DNA from: Octopus bimaculoides | Taxonomy: Eukaryota | Direction: 5' to 3' | DNA: 64,000 nucleotides | Assembly: GCF_001194135.2 (NCBI RefSeq) | Contig: NC_068997.1 | Span: 2,072,340-2,136,339, forward strand | In this document: positions 1 to 12,762 of the stretch, in pieces | How the letters are laid out: every line of letters starts with the position of its first letter | Position numbering within the stretch: position 1 is the stretch's first letter | The notes under the pieces: model-generated | What the model was told of the DNA's origin: nothing | Databases searched by the model: none | What the model saw: only the letters and a program-made list of their open reading frames with translations | Made by a program: the position numbers and the translations under genes

Positions 1-313
1 AGCAGAGGAAATGCCACGCGATATATTGTTGCAAATGCGCAGGTTATGACTTCAATTCTCACTAGGGTTGACTTCCGCTTTAATACTTCTGAGTCGATAC
101 AACAAGGCACTAGTCATATACTGGAAAAGGTATAGTTGACCTAGTCCTATTCTCTGTATCCTTGTCATAAATCATACTATTACAGAAAGTGGTAGATAGG
201 CAGAGTTGGTGGAGCGCCTAACACCGGGCCTTGTTATATTACTAGTTATTTCTAGCTCACATATCGTTGGGATCGATACAAGAAGTAAAATCAGATATCG
301 TAATCAACTATAA

Positions 314-375
<62 letters not shown>

Positions 376-1344
376 TGTGTCCGACATTACCTGTCACCCA
401 GTGTACCATTCTCACCTTGTTCATGAATGCTTTTATTGGAATTTACCCGGTTCTTAAAACCTTACATACTTACTCGTTTTTTTTTTAGCTCTAGTAAGGC
501 TATCCTTCTCCAAGGAGGTTTAATAAGTTTGAAACTCGTCATTTATTATCATTACGACACCAAAATCTCTTCCCACTGCATGCCTATTTTATATTTTCAT
601 TTAATTTTACTTAATCTAAATATCAAATTAATAATTTTATGCTCTCTTCAAATATAATTCTACACTTACAACACTAACACCAGCTTAAGTACAATATATT
701 AGCTTAACCACAGGGCCAGTTCTTTGCACCATAAATTAGATTGCTGTTGCGTCAGTTTATTTTAGTTTGTAAAATACGATGCTATTTAAGATATTAAAAT
801 ATTTCAATATTTAATTATTGGCTGTTAACAAACAACAATTTCATTTGTACACACAATAAGAAGTGATGACTAAACATCAATTTTACACCTCGCTCTTGTT
901 TCATTGCGTTTCATGTTTATTTTGTGAGATTAAGGAGAATCTTAGCAGCAAAACATGGCGTCTTTAATTTCTTCATCGACAAATAGCGGCAACAGCTTCA
1001 AGTGTTCACACTTCTTTCCCGTCCTTTGTTACGTAATCGAGAGGGAATAATCTCCGCCAGGATATGAAACCATGTCAAGGCGAAGCACCGTGAAGATATT
1101 ATGAGGTAGTTTCAATTGCAAGAAGCAGCAGATAAGTCTCCCTCACATTTCACCTTTCCATCTTAAATGGGTAAAAGACATATTGGATAGTGTTGTCCTA
1201 GATACAGAATATCTTAATAAAAATAGGATGGTTAAGATTGGAAGTATATTAATCTTAGACCTCGTGTGACATGAACGATCTGAGATTAACCATCAGTAAG
1301 AAATGACATATTAAATAATGTAATCCGAGATATCATGCGTGATC

Positions 1345-1578
1345 ACGTGACCGACCAGGCTATCAGATGTTTACATCGCTGATCACAATGCACTTTTGCA
1401 TTGGTTTAGCCTTCAAATGACGTAACCCCCCTGGCTCGGTGAGCAGGCCAACAATACCCCCTGATGGAAGAGAGACTGAAGCAATGTGAAATGAAGTGAT
1501 TTGCTCAAGAACACAACGTGCCGCCCAGTCAGGGAATCGAGCCAACTATCTAGTGGTCGTGAGTGCAAAAGCCTAACC
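1345..1578 (-). mobile_element. tRNA-head SINE, family C
   Basis: Minus strand reads gtgaaggcgcatggcctactgg..ggctcgattccc..gttgtgttcttgagcaaatcactt (A/B-box-like head plus core). Homologous to the copy at 46017-46335. Confidence 0.7.
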
Positions 1579-2494
1579 AGTAGGCCATGCGCCTTCACAA
1601 AATCCTAGATATACTGTGTCTAAATAATAGACGGGATTATCATATCTGAAAGGACATGAATCATAGGTATGCTGGATTTTGGGATGGCTAAACAGCTACA
1701 AGGAAGAACACATTAGTCAATGTAGTCCTAGATGCACTATACCCGGATAAAAAATGGAAGGTTCACTACTGGTATGTATTTATCAACATGATCGACATGA
1801 TCAGAGCTGAGATCTTCATGAAATGTCCCAACGGTCTAATATGCTATGAAAATATATGAGACGATTTCTGAACTAACTTAAGCAACCAAGCCATTACTAC
1901 TATTTTGCTTTATTCCTATATTTTCCGTTTAGTCTTGATATGTGTTTAGCCTTCCTCTTCGACAAAGATCTATATTATATACTGAACTTAGGTTTTCTGT
2001 TAGGAAAAATGAATGTGGTCTTTGTTGTGCGAACCCTAGCATATCGTTGTTTCGTTGAGAGAGGACAAAATAAAATGTTTGATAAGAAACTGTAACCCAT
2101 ATCTTAATCAGAACCGTCTTGTAAGTTTTCTTCTCTTTATTTTATTTATTTCTAGAACTACATTATCCAATATATGCTGGATGCTATTTGAAAGTGATTA
2201 GGCTGTTTTTTTTTTTTTTCCTAACAGGTCAAACGATCACGTAGACTCGTCGCCAGTTTAGTTGTTATTTTTTAGCCGCAGGCTGGCTCTAGTCAAGCGG
2301 ACTTCTGATCAAAAAGGTGTATGTGTTTTTTTTTTGTCTTTTTTTTAAGACGATAGCACACAATTTGAAGTGGATTTCCTGGGCATATCTAGCAGACTGA
2401 GTGACCAAATATAGGTTCCCTCGTATAGTACAGTAAATAATATCAGATGGTAAAGTGAGCTATTAATCTCCTATTTAACTTCCGCTACGTCTAA

Positions 2495-2680
2495 AATATT
2501 CTAAAGCCTGAAATTTGGTGTGGATATAGTCGTTCACATCTGCTCCAGTGCACAACTGGTATTATTTCATCGACCTAGAAAAGATGAAAGCAAAGTCGAT
2601 CTCGATGGAATTTGTAGCCAGAACATAAACAGCCGGAAGAAATGTCGCTATGTTCGGCGTGATAACGACTCTGTCATCTG
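2495..2680 (-). mobile_element. SINE family A, diverged
   Basis: Reverse complement matches the ..gtcgactttgc(c)tttcatc..cgatgaaataataccagttg.. body seen in the family A copies below. Confidence 0.6.
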
Positions 2681-2749
2681 GCAGTTTCATATACATTTCA
2701 AATATATAACACCTTCATGTTCAGACAAATATTGTTCGCACTTATACGA

Positions 2750-2880
2750 AAAGATAATACCAAAGCTTATTTCGGTTGCCAGACCAAAATCATTCACTTT
2801 ATTTGTGCTATTAATGTCCAAGAGAAAGCATGGCATGAATATCGCAATACCATGCTTCATTGTGCACTTTAAACTAGTCT
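2750..2880 (-). pseudogene. Isolated protein-kinase subdomain VIb-VII-like fragment
   Basis: Minus frame LKCTMKHGIAIFMPCFLLDINSTNKVNDFGLATEI has canonical LL-x6-K[IV]xDFGLA spacing. No HRD motif, and no flanking kinase exons were seen. Confidence 0.4.
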
Positions 2881-3043
2881 TGTATATTTTTGAGGAAACA
2901 ATGTGTTTCTTTGTGTAATTTTGTGCAGAGTGCAAAAAATATTATAAAAGCTAAGATAGACAAAGAAATACATCACGTCTATCGAAATATATGCACATAT
3001 ATAAAGATATGTAAATATGATTACACACACGCACACACACACA

Positions 3044-3106
<63 letters not shown>

Positions 3107-3582
3107 ACATGCACGTAAGTCTTGAACACATTTTCATATCCTTGGAGTTATTTGCTAAAAATCCTTTGCACGAAAGAAAATTGTCGATTGTAGCTAAGTG
3201 ATTCTATTATAGAAAATATTACTATTATTATTGTTGTTGTTGTTGTTGTTGTATGAAGGTATTGTCTTATAAACAACATAAAGGTATATAGAAGGGGTAG
3301 AAATGCAAGGAAGCAAATGAATTGTTTTCGTTTCGGGGGAATGTCAGTTGAATCAGACGAAACGACTTCTAGAATGCGTTCTTGTTAAATTGCTATGATA
3401 AAAGAGACGTCAGTTTCAGCTGTAGGAGTTCAAAACCGACATTCCTCTCTAGTGGTGTTCTGCTAAATTGTTAAAACGTAATAACATACGTTAGCTCACA
3501 CCACGTCATGTGTGTGTTTGTGCTGTGCAGTCGTGCATGTGAGTGTGTGTGCGTGTGTGTGTGCGTGTGTATCCATATATAC

Positions 3583-3622
<40 letters not shown>

Positions 3623-4316
3623 NNNNNNNNNNNNNNNNNNNNNNNNNNNNNNNNNNNNNNNNNNNNNNNNNNNNNNNNNNNNNNNNNNNNNNNNNNNNNN
3701 NNNNNNNNNNNNNNNNNNNNNNNNNNNNNNNNNNNNNNNNNNNNNNNNNNNNNNNNNNNNNNNNNNNNNNNNNNNNNNNNNNNNNNNNNNNNNNNNNNNN
3801 NNNNNNNNNNNNNNNNNNNNNNNNNNNNNNNNNNNNNNNNNNNNNNNNNNNNNNNNNNNNNNNNNNNNNNNNNNNNNNNNNNNNNNNNNNNNNNNNNNNN
3901 NNNNNNNNNNNNNNNNNNNNNNNNNNNNNNNNNNNNNNNNNNNNNNNNNNNNNNNNNNNNNNNNNNNNNNNNNNNNNNNNNNNNNNNNNNNNNNNNNNNN
4001 NNNNNNNNNNNNNNNNNNNNNNNNNNNNNNNNNNNNNNNNNNNNNNNNNNNNNNNNNNNNNNNNNNNNNNNNNNNNNNNNNNNNNNNNNNNNNNNNNNNN
4101 NNNNNNNNNNNNNNNNNNNNNNNNNNNNNNNNNNNNNNNNNNNNNNNNNNNNNNNNNNNNNNNNNNNNNNNNNNNNATATGTGTGTGTGTGTAATATACA
4201 TGAAATATGTGTGTGTGTGTGTAATATACTGATAATCTATAAATGTATTTCTGTACGTAAGTGCGTGTCTACTTTCATATATCTGCGTGTGTGTGTGACT
4301 GCACGCGCATTGTGTC

Positions 4317-4363
<47 letters not shown>

Positions 4364-5133
4364 ACGTTTTCACTTCTACAGTTTAGCTGTTCAGTATTCT
4401 ATATAACGCGCTGTGTGTGTGTTTGTTAGTGTGTGTATTAGTGTGTGTGTGTGCAACAGTTCCTCAGGTAGACGTGTACAGAGGTAGGCAAGGTGCGTCA
4501 GTAAGCTTAAGTTTTCTTTCTCAATTTGTTCTTTCCAAAGTGCCAGCTTTTACGGCACCATCTTCTAGAACGATTCCTAATTTCAGTCACAGACTGGAGA
4601 CAGCTGAAATGGATGAGATTATAATGAAACATTTCAGAAAGTTCTTTCCTTTAAAAATAAATTATATACCAATATATCTTTGGACAACTCTTTTATCTGT
4701 TGCTACCTCCACTTTCACTTTCTTCTACTTTTCTTCACATTGAATTCTTCAAAGTTTGGCGAATATAAGTTTAAACATAATTCTTGCAAGTGCTGGTATT
4801 AGATGTTTAAACAATTTTAATAGTTGTACATATAGATATAGGCATACATGCATACACATATATGCGAAAATGCATATATACAGACAGACAGACACATACA
4901 CATATACATATGTACATTCATATATACATGTATACATACATGTGCATATGTATATATATATACATACATATACATTTGGTGATACAGATAGGAAAAATAC
5001 ACACATCTATACACACTCCCACTTACACACACACACACACACACCACATATGATCTGTATTATTAATCGGAAAAAGTTTCAAAGGAAACTCTCTGTCCAT
5101 GCGTTACTCTGTAACTTCTGTTGTTTATTAGTA

Positions 5134-5175
<42 letters not shown>

Positions 5176-5251
5176 CTATAAACACGCGCACAAACGCACA
5201 TGCACACATATATATACGGACATGTATACATGTGTATTTGTGATATGTGTA

Positions 5252-6061
5252 TATGTGATCTGATCAATAAGTATCCGGACTGTTGCCATAGTAACGAAGC
5301 TAAAGAACGGAGAGTGAAGCCGCATAGCACAAATTTGTCTTAAACTCTGCTACGCATGTGCACTAAGTTTTAACGTTCTAGCCCACTTCCGCTGTTTACA
5401 GTAGTGTTTGGAAGGAACGTGTGTAGCGTGTGATCGTCGTCTTGGCCAAGACAGAGAAAGTTGAGCAGATAATCTACGTCAAATTTTGCCAAAAGCTTGG
5501 CGATACCTGCTCTGAGGCCTACACGAAGTTTTTCAAAATGTTTTCATCGTTCTCAATACAAACAAAGCAATCTTATGCAACTGAAACCCGAGTGTCTTTG
5601 TGGATATCTGCACATTCTCTGATAACTCGAAGATGGTGATTCGATTATTTCCCCTCACAGCTGCACTTACATCTGCGATGTCTTTCTCAGTTCTGCTGGC
5701 TGCGGGTCTCCCAGAACGTTCGTCAATATCGACATTTTATCGAGCATCTTGGGAACATCTGAAACACTCGTACACTTGTGCGCGGCTCATATACTCCTCT
5801 CCATACACTTTCTGCAACTTTGCGCAGACATCTATGTAGGTATCACCATGAGAGCTTTCTTTGTCGTGTCAATGCGACGATCACACGCTACACACGTTCC
5901 TTCCAAGTACTGCTGTAAACAGCGGAAGTGAACTAGAACGTTAACGCTCAATGCACATGCACAGCAGAGTTCAAGGTCAATTTTGCCAAGCAGCTTCACC
6001 CTGTATGCTTTAGCTTCGTTAATATGGCAACAGTCATGATACTTATTGATCAGACCTTGTA
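5252..6061. mobile_element. Non-autonomous mariner-derived element made of two inverted 5' ends (copy 1, internally deleted)
   Basis: Termini tatgtgatctgatcaataagtatc.. and ..gatacttattgatcagaccttgta. Long inverted arms carry the mariner N-terminal motif FCQKLGDTCSEAY and an HTH region. Confidence 0.85.
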
Positions 6062-6085
6062 TATATATATGTATATATATGCACA

Positions 6086-6255
6086 CGCCGAGCTTCTCTT
6101 ACTTTCCATCTACCAATTTCGCTAATTCACTCACAAGGCTTTGGTCGGCCCGAGGTTTTAGTAAAAGACATGTCGATGGTGCCACGCAGTGGGCTTGAAC
6201 CTGGAACAGCTTAGCTGAGAATCAAGCTTCCTATCATAGAGCCTCGCCTGCGCTA
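6086..6255 (-). mobile_element. SINE family B 5' part
   Basis: Reverse complement reads ggttcaagcccactgcgtggcacc..cgggccgaccaaagccttgtgagtgaatt, as in the other family B copies. Confidence 0.75.
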
Positions 6256-6304
6256 ATATATATTTTCTTATTAGTAATCGGCAGAAGTCACACATGCAAA
6301 AGGC

Positions 6305-6445
6305 TATCTCGTAGAATGTTTGGTACGCCCGGCGAAATGCTTAGCGGCATTTCGTCCGCACTTATGTTCTGAATTCAAATTCCATCCATCCAATCAGAGT
6401 TCAGCTAGGGATCGGGATCAGTGTTGTTGACTAACCTCACCTCCA
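6305..6445 (+). mobile_element. SINE family A fragment
   Basis: ggcgaaatgcttagcggcatttcgtcc..ttctgaattcaaattcc. Confidence 0.7.
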
Positions 6446-7367
6446 TTAAGTATTACTTTTCTTGATCTTCATGAATGTTTTCTTGTCTCTGAGTAAATTA
6501 CTTACATTTGTATTATATTTATCTCTATCCATGATAACAAATTACTTTTGTCACCCTTACTGATATTTGTGTTGATGTCTTTAAAATTGTGAGATGCTTT
6601 TAACATTTATTTTATTTACCATATGTTTGTTGTTTTGTAAGATTTTATTATATCCTCTGCGGAGCTTGTTTTTGTTTTGGTCTTTTAAGTTTTTTAGCTT
6701 TCGGGTGTTTTAGCTTTCAAGGATTTTTTTTGGCTTTCAGCTTGATCTCAACATTTTTCTTCATTTGGTTGTTTTTAGGTTGTAGCTATAAGGTTTTACC
6801 TGATCTAATCGTTTGCATTTATATGTGTGTGTATGATTGTGTTTGTGCATATGTGTGTATGCATAACTATGTCTCTCTCTCTCTGTATATATATATATGC
6901 ACATATATATATATATATATATGTGTGTATGCGTGTGTGTATAATATATATANNNNNNNNNNNNNNNNNNNNNNNNNNNNNNNNNNNNNNNNNNNNNNNN
7001 NNNNNNNNNNNNNNNNNNNNNNNNNNNNNNNNNNNNNNNNNNNNNNNNNNNNNNNNNNNNNNNNNNNNNNNNNNNNNNNNNNNNNNNNNNNNNNNNNNNN
7101 NNNNNNNNNNNNNNNNNNNNNNNNNNNNNNNNNNNNNNNNNNNNNNNNNNNNNNNNNNNNNNNNNNNNNNNNNNNNNNNNNNNNNNNNNNNNNNNNNNNN
7201 NNNNNNNNNNNNNNNNNNNNNNNNNNNNNNNNNNNNNNNNNNNNNNNNNNNNNNNNNNNNNNNNNNNNNNNNNNNNNNNNNNNNNNNNNNNNNNNNNNNN
7301 NNNNNNNNNNNNNNNNNNNNNNNNNNNNNNNNNNNNNNNNNNNNNNNNNNNNNNNNNNNNNNNNNNN

Positions 7368-7665
7368 ACGACGGGTTTCTTTTCAAAATCCACTCACAAG
7401 GCTTTGGTCGGCTCGAGGCTATAATAGAAGACTTGCCCAATGTGGACCCGGACCCATATATCCGTGTGGGCATCTCTGGATTTTACCGAAGGCCATTTCT
7501 GTATATCTTATCTTTTACTTGTGTCTGTTATCAGACTGCGGTCTTGCTGGGGTTCGGCCTTGAAGAATTTTTAGTCAAATGAATGAATCGACCCCAGTTC
7601 TTATAGTTTTTCTTTTTCTTTTCAATCCTAGTACTTATTCTATCGGTCTGTTTTGCTGAACCATG
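7368..7665 (-). mobile_element. SINE family B fragments
   Basis: aatccactcacaaggctttggtcggctcgaggctataatagaagacttgcccaa, plus a 3' part tcttttacttgt..gactgcggtcttgctgg. Confidence 0.7.
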
Positions 7666-8349
7666 TATACAGTTCTATCAATTACATTTGGGGTTATATT
7701 TCAAAAGTCTTCGTTTTATATATATACCTAACGAAAAACTGTGGAAAATATGTAAGATAAAAGTGTAACACTTTCAGCTGTATTTTTTATGCATTCATTC
7801 ATAGATCTTCTTACTATTGTTTCATTATGTTAAACCTTTCGACTGTGCTTGCGATTTGAATTCACAAAAGCAGAATAATACAGACTTTCTCTCTTTTCCC
7901 CTCTTTTTATCTATTTCTCTTTCTGCTTCCTTCCGGTTTCCCCTTTCTATTTTTTTTTCACTTAATTCACCATTTCCGTTGCTTCCTTTCTCTCTCCTCC
8001 CACCGCTTCTCTTTCTATGCTATATCTTTCTCCATTCCAGATATTACTTCTCTTGCGTAACACGCACTAAATCAGACAGATCGCAGGAACGCGTAGAATA
8101 ATATTATAGGTGTTAGGAAAGGATTATAACACTGGTAAATACACCGTATAACGTTACTTAGATAGTGTGTAGGGTTAGAGAGCATAATGAAATTGTAAAA
8201 AAATGATTATATAACTATTAAGGGATCAAATAAAATGAAAATTTAAAAAAATTAGCATTTGTAAATAATGCAGAGTAAGCTAACGTATTTATTTACGGTT
8301 ATGTAGTTTGGTTTGAAATGTTTGTACGTTTCAGAGATCCTGTGTATGC

Positions 8350-8870
8350 AAAGTGAGATTTGTTCATGTTTGTTTAGAAGGGGAAACGAGGCAAGGAGTA
8401 CTTCGAGGAAGAATGTAGAGGGTGAGTAGTTGCCGGAGAAAGAGTATAAGGAAGAAAGTGGAGCGAAGGATAAGATGTAAGAGGAGAAAGAGAAGAACAA
8501 GAAAAAAAGGAGAAAAGGAGACGGGGAGAAAGAAAGAAAGAAAGGAGGTAGTAAGACAAGAAGGGGAGGATGGAAAAGGAAAGCCAGTAGATGGATAAGT
8601 AGAAGGAGAAAGGGAAAAAGGAAGAGGAGGCGGAGGTGGAGGCGTGGGAGGAGAAGGAAATTGTCGAGGTAAAGGAGAGTAGAAGTAGAAAGAATTGGAG
8701 AAGAGAGGGGAGGAGGTGGAGGAGAAGGAAGAGGAAAACCCAGCAAAGATTGGACGAGGAAAAGAATGAGGAATGAAAGAAGTGAGTAGAAGATAAGAGG
8801 AGACGGTTAAAGAGAAGGGAAAACCAATGACAGGAAATTGCATGTTTAAAAGAGGAGAATATTCGCTCAG
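8350..8870. repeat. Purine-rich (GA/GGA/GAA) low-complexity tract
   Basis: Strong strand asymmetry. The minus-strand ORFs here are low-complexity artefacts. Confidence 0.85.
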
Positions 8871-9216
8871 TATTATGCTGGGAAAGATATTCAAGTATTT
8901 GAAAATTCTATAAATGTAAGCCTAACTACATATTAATAAAATTAAAAACGAAATATCTATAACGACAGATAATTAATTAACTCGATGGTCTTCTCTGTCC
9001 AAATTTACCTTATGTATTAATTAATTTTCACTCCACCTCCCACTTTTAACTTCACCAACACCTTACAGTTTTCTGTTGTCTCGATTCATTATAATTATGG
9101 CATTTTACTCGACTATTTTCAAAACATGCAATTTATATTTACAGAACTGAGAAGCATGAGAGTACCTCGTGCAGAAGATATTCTCTCCTTTTTGCTCATT
9201 CTTTCGTCACTATCTT

Positions 9217-9239
9217 TTCTTCTTCTTCTTCTTCTTCTT

Positions 9240-9270
<31 letters not shown>

Positions 9271-9300
9271 TTCTTCTTCTTCTTCTTCTTCTTCTTCTTC
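9217..9300. repeat. (CTT)n microsatellite
   Basis: Read directly from the sequence. Confidence 0.95.
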
Positions 9301-9519
9301 TCCTCCAACCTCTTATAATCGTCATTTACTTCTAAACTCCTCTCCACTTTCTAGAACCATACTACATGTTTGTCATATTAACCAAATACCCTCTTTCTGT
9401 CATCTATTTCCTCTACAACAGTAGATTTTCATATCTCCCGCCAATAAAATTGCATTTATAAACTATTGTTATCTCCTTTTACTAGCATTTACATACATAC
9501 ATTACATTTATTTTAAATC

Positions 9520-9707
9520 TTTACCTTTTTCTCACTCATTGGAATGCAGCTATGCTAGGGCACCGCCTTGAAGGGTTTTAGTCGAACAAATCGACACCCA
9601 AATACTTATTAATTTTTTAAAACCCTGGTACTATCGGTCTCTTTTGCCGGACGTAAACAAACAAACGCTGGTTGTCAAACAGTGGTGGGAGATAAATACG
9701 AACATAA

Positions 9708-9745
<38 letters not shown>

Positions 9746-9930
9746 TCAACACAACGCACAGATATATTCATGTATATATATACACCAACCTTCGTTAAGT
9801 ATCCGTCTACCAAATCAAGTCAAAAGGCTTTGATCAGTCAGGGGCTATTAAAGAAGACACTTGCTAAAGTTGCCAGACGGTGGGACTGAACCTAAAACCG
9901 TGGGGTTGGAAAACCTCTTAACCACACACC
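9520..9930 (-). mobile_element. SINE family B, near full length
   Basis: Reverse complement has head gtgtgtggttaagag..ggttcagtcccacc, an internal (TG)n tract, and tail ggcggtgccctagcatagctgc. Confidence 0.85.
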
Positions 9931-10059
9931 CACATCTATTATTTATTAAAGTTAGACTTGTCGTTCATACTCTTAGCTATTCCATAGATTTATACATTTA
10001 GAGACACACTAGAACCAAATTCTTGGATCTTACAACTATCATTCCGCTCAGATAGTGCA

Positions 10060-10384
10060 TCAGTCTCTTTATATGCATGTTGGATGGCGAACAAGGGTGT
10101 GGAGTGGAGTGAAAGCATTTGAAGAGGCCAGGATGATGCAAGCAGGGCTCAAGAGACATTTAAGGAAAAAGGTGAAGACTGAGAAGGTGAATGACAAGGA
10201 CCTTTTTGTGTGCACAGTCTGTGACAGACCATGTCTGTCCTTGGCTGGCCTCAAATCTTACCTGCGAACCCATGGAAAACAAACCTCACCCAGCTATTCT
10301 GATTATATGTCTGTGCACACGTTTGAATGTGGTGTGTGCCAGAGGGTTTGCAACTCCAATGGGGGTCTTAAAAGACATGTTAGG
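10060..10384 (+). mobile_element. RTE-type LINE ORF C-terminus with two C2H2 zinc fingers
   Basis: WRTRVWSGVKAFEEAR..KRHLRK..CTVCDRPCLSLAGLKSYLRTH..CGVCQRVCNSNGGLKRHVR matches the W..V..G...FE..R....KR..RK plus CxxC-H signature of RTE/BovB 3' ends. Ends at a gap. Confidence 0.7.
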
Positions 10385-10410
10385 NNNNNNNNNNNNTGTA
10401 TGTATGTATG

Positions 10411-10444
<34 letters not shown>

Positions 10445-11297
10445 TGTATGCATGTATGTATGTATGTATGTATATATGTATGTATGTATGTATGCATGTA
10501 TGTATGTGTGCGTATGTGTGTATATATATATATATATGTATGTAAGTATGTATGTATGTGTATGCATATATGTATGTATGCGTGTTTGTATGTATGTGTG
10601 TGTATTTATATATATATATATGTAGATATGTGTATGTATGTATGTGTGTGTATGTATGCATGTATGCGTGTAATGTATGTATGTATATATGCGTTATGTG
10701 TGTGTATATATGTATGCATGTATATGTGCGCGTGTACACATGTGTGCATGNNNNNNNNNNTGTATATATGTATGCATGTATATGTGCGCGTGTACACATG
10801 TGTGCATGTGTATACATATGTGTATGTATACATGTGCGTATGTATACATGTATACATGCGTGTGCGTATGTATGTGTATTTGAGTGTGTGATTGGTGAGC
10901 GTTTATCAAATGGGTGATTCTCTGTATATGTGTGGGCGTGTGTGTGCATGTGATTGTATGCGTGTGGGTGTGTGGGCGTGTGTGTGCATGTGATTGTATG
11001 CGTGTGGGTGTGTGGGCGTGTGTGTTGGCTTTGAGTATGCACGTATTTTGCATGAATCTCTCTGTGTACGTCCAGGTATGCTTGTGTGTACAATTGTCTC
11101 TGTTTGCTTAAGTGCGTGCGCGCATGTGTATGTGAGTGTGTGTGGGGTATGTGGGTGTATGTGTGTGAATTCGGGTGTGGGTGGGTGTGATTTATTTGAA
11201 GTTATGTTCTTAGAAATAACAGCGATCACAGGAACAAAAACTATAATAGAAAGAACTAGAATTACAACAACGGCGACAACAATGACAACTTGCTGCT

Positions 11298-11312
11298 AAT
11301 AATAATAATAGT

Positions 11313-11379
<67 letters not shown>

Positions 11380-11425
11380 ACAACAACTATAACAACAACA
11401 GCAGCAGCAACAACAACAACAGCAA
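11298..11425. repeat. Compound trinucleotide microsatellite (AAT/AGC/AGT/AAC)
   Basis: Read directly from the sequence. Confidence 0.9.
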
Positions 11426-11838
11426 TAAAAACAAAACAAACAAACGAGTAGAAATTACGATTGAATGAAGATTATGATAACTAGGATTATGGTTTACATT
11501 AGTTAATATGAGAGTAAAGAAATGTCTTTGAAGTTTCCGGTAGATATTGGTAATGGAATTCTAATTAAGCCGAGAAAGGAAGCAAGGAAGAATAGGAAAC
11601 TCTTATATGATATGGTTCATATATTTTTCAACCATTTCAAGATCGTTGTAGTCAGATCTTAACACAATGCTACATATCTCCACATTTATATAATTTTATC
11701 GCGTGCGTTTATATATATGTATGTATGTGTGTATATGAGTGTATACATATGTATATGTGTCTGCATGTGTAAGTATATCTGTGTGTGCGTGTATGTATGT
11801 CTATATAAATATATGAATGTATCTATGTGTATATGTGA

Positions 11839-11913
<75 letters not shown>

Positions 11914-12762
11914 TTATCTTGTTGTTTCAGGTGATATTTTAAAGAACAGAACTCCATTCGTCAGTGTTGTTTCGTGTCAACACTATTTCCATGAAGATAC
12001 ACATCATGTAACAATACATAATACAACCAACAACACGTCAAAGATGTACAACTTGTATCACAACATAAAACACGTACACACATCTACAAGGTACGAGGAA
12101 ACATCTATTTCCTCACAACGTACAAGAGGAAGCTATACAACATCTAATAAGCAAATATCAGAAAAACCAATTACAACAAAATTTTCCCAACCGGCAACAC
12201 GATATACAACAATGCAATTGGCATTACTATAAGGCTAAGGAAAACCCTTACAGCATAACATCTCAAGACAAAATGTGCAACACAAAACGTCACAAGATAT
12301 CACCACATTGAACAAAACAAATACATAGTTTAAGTAAGTAGGACTTACTACAAAACAAGGTAGAAGACAAGAGGTGAGATATTACACGAGGCGGCAATGA
12401 TTTGGCACACAACATATAATGATGGAGAACGTAAGAATTGCAGAGAAAACGACACAAGCGACAACTCAACAGATTATAGAATGAAAGGCTATAACTTATA
12501 TAAAGCGTACTCACAACGCACACACTGACGCATATACATGCAGACACACTCACGCGCACGCATGCACACACATTCACGCACACTCATATACACGCAGACT
12601 AACACACAAAGTCCACTTTAGTGGTCATTCCTCTTAATTTTGTATGTAATATCATTTTTCATCTTCGGATTTTTTAAATATGCTAAGCCACTGGTTTAAT
12701 TGATTAATATTAATTTCTACACTCATTATTTAATTTTATATATACATATATACACAAACACA

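Noticed and set aside
945-1050. AAAACATGGCG (YY1/Kozak-like) start of a short ORF MASLISSST..
   Set aside because: Stops after ~30 codons, has no good donor, and no other promoter evidence.
4520-4600. Minus frame GIVLEDGAVKAGTLER resembling a RasGEF N-terminal motif
   Set aside because: Bounded by stops within ~20 codons with no splice support; likely chance.
10710-10810. Sequence duplicated on both sides of a 10-N gap
   Set aside because: Typical scaffolding overlap artefact.
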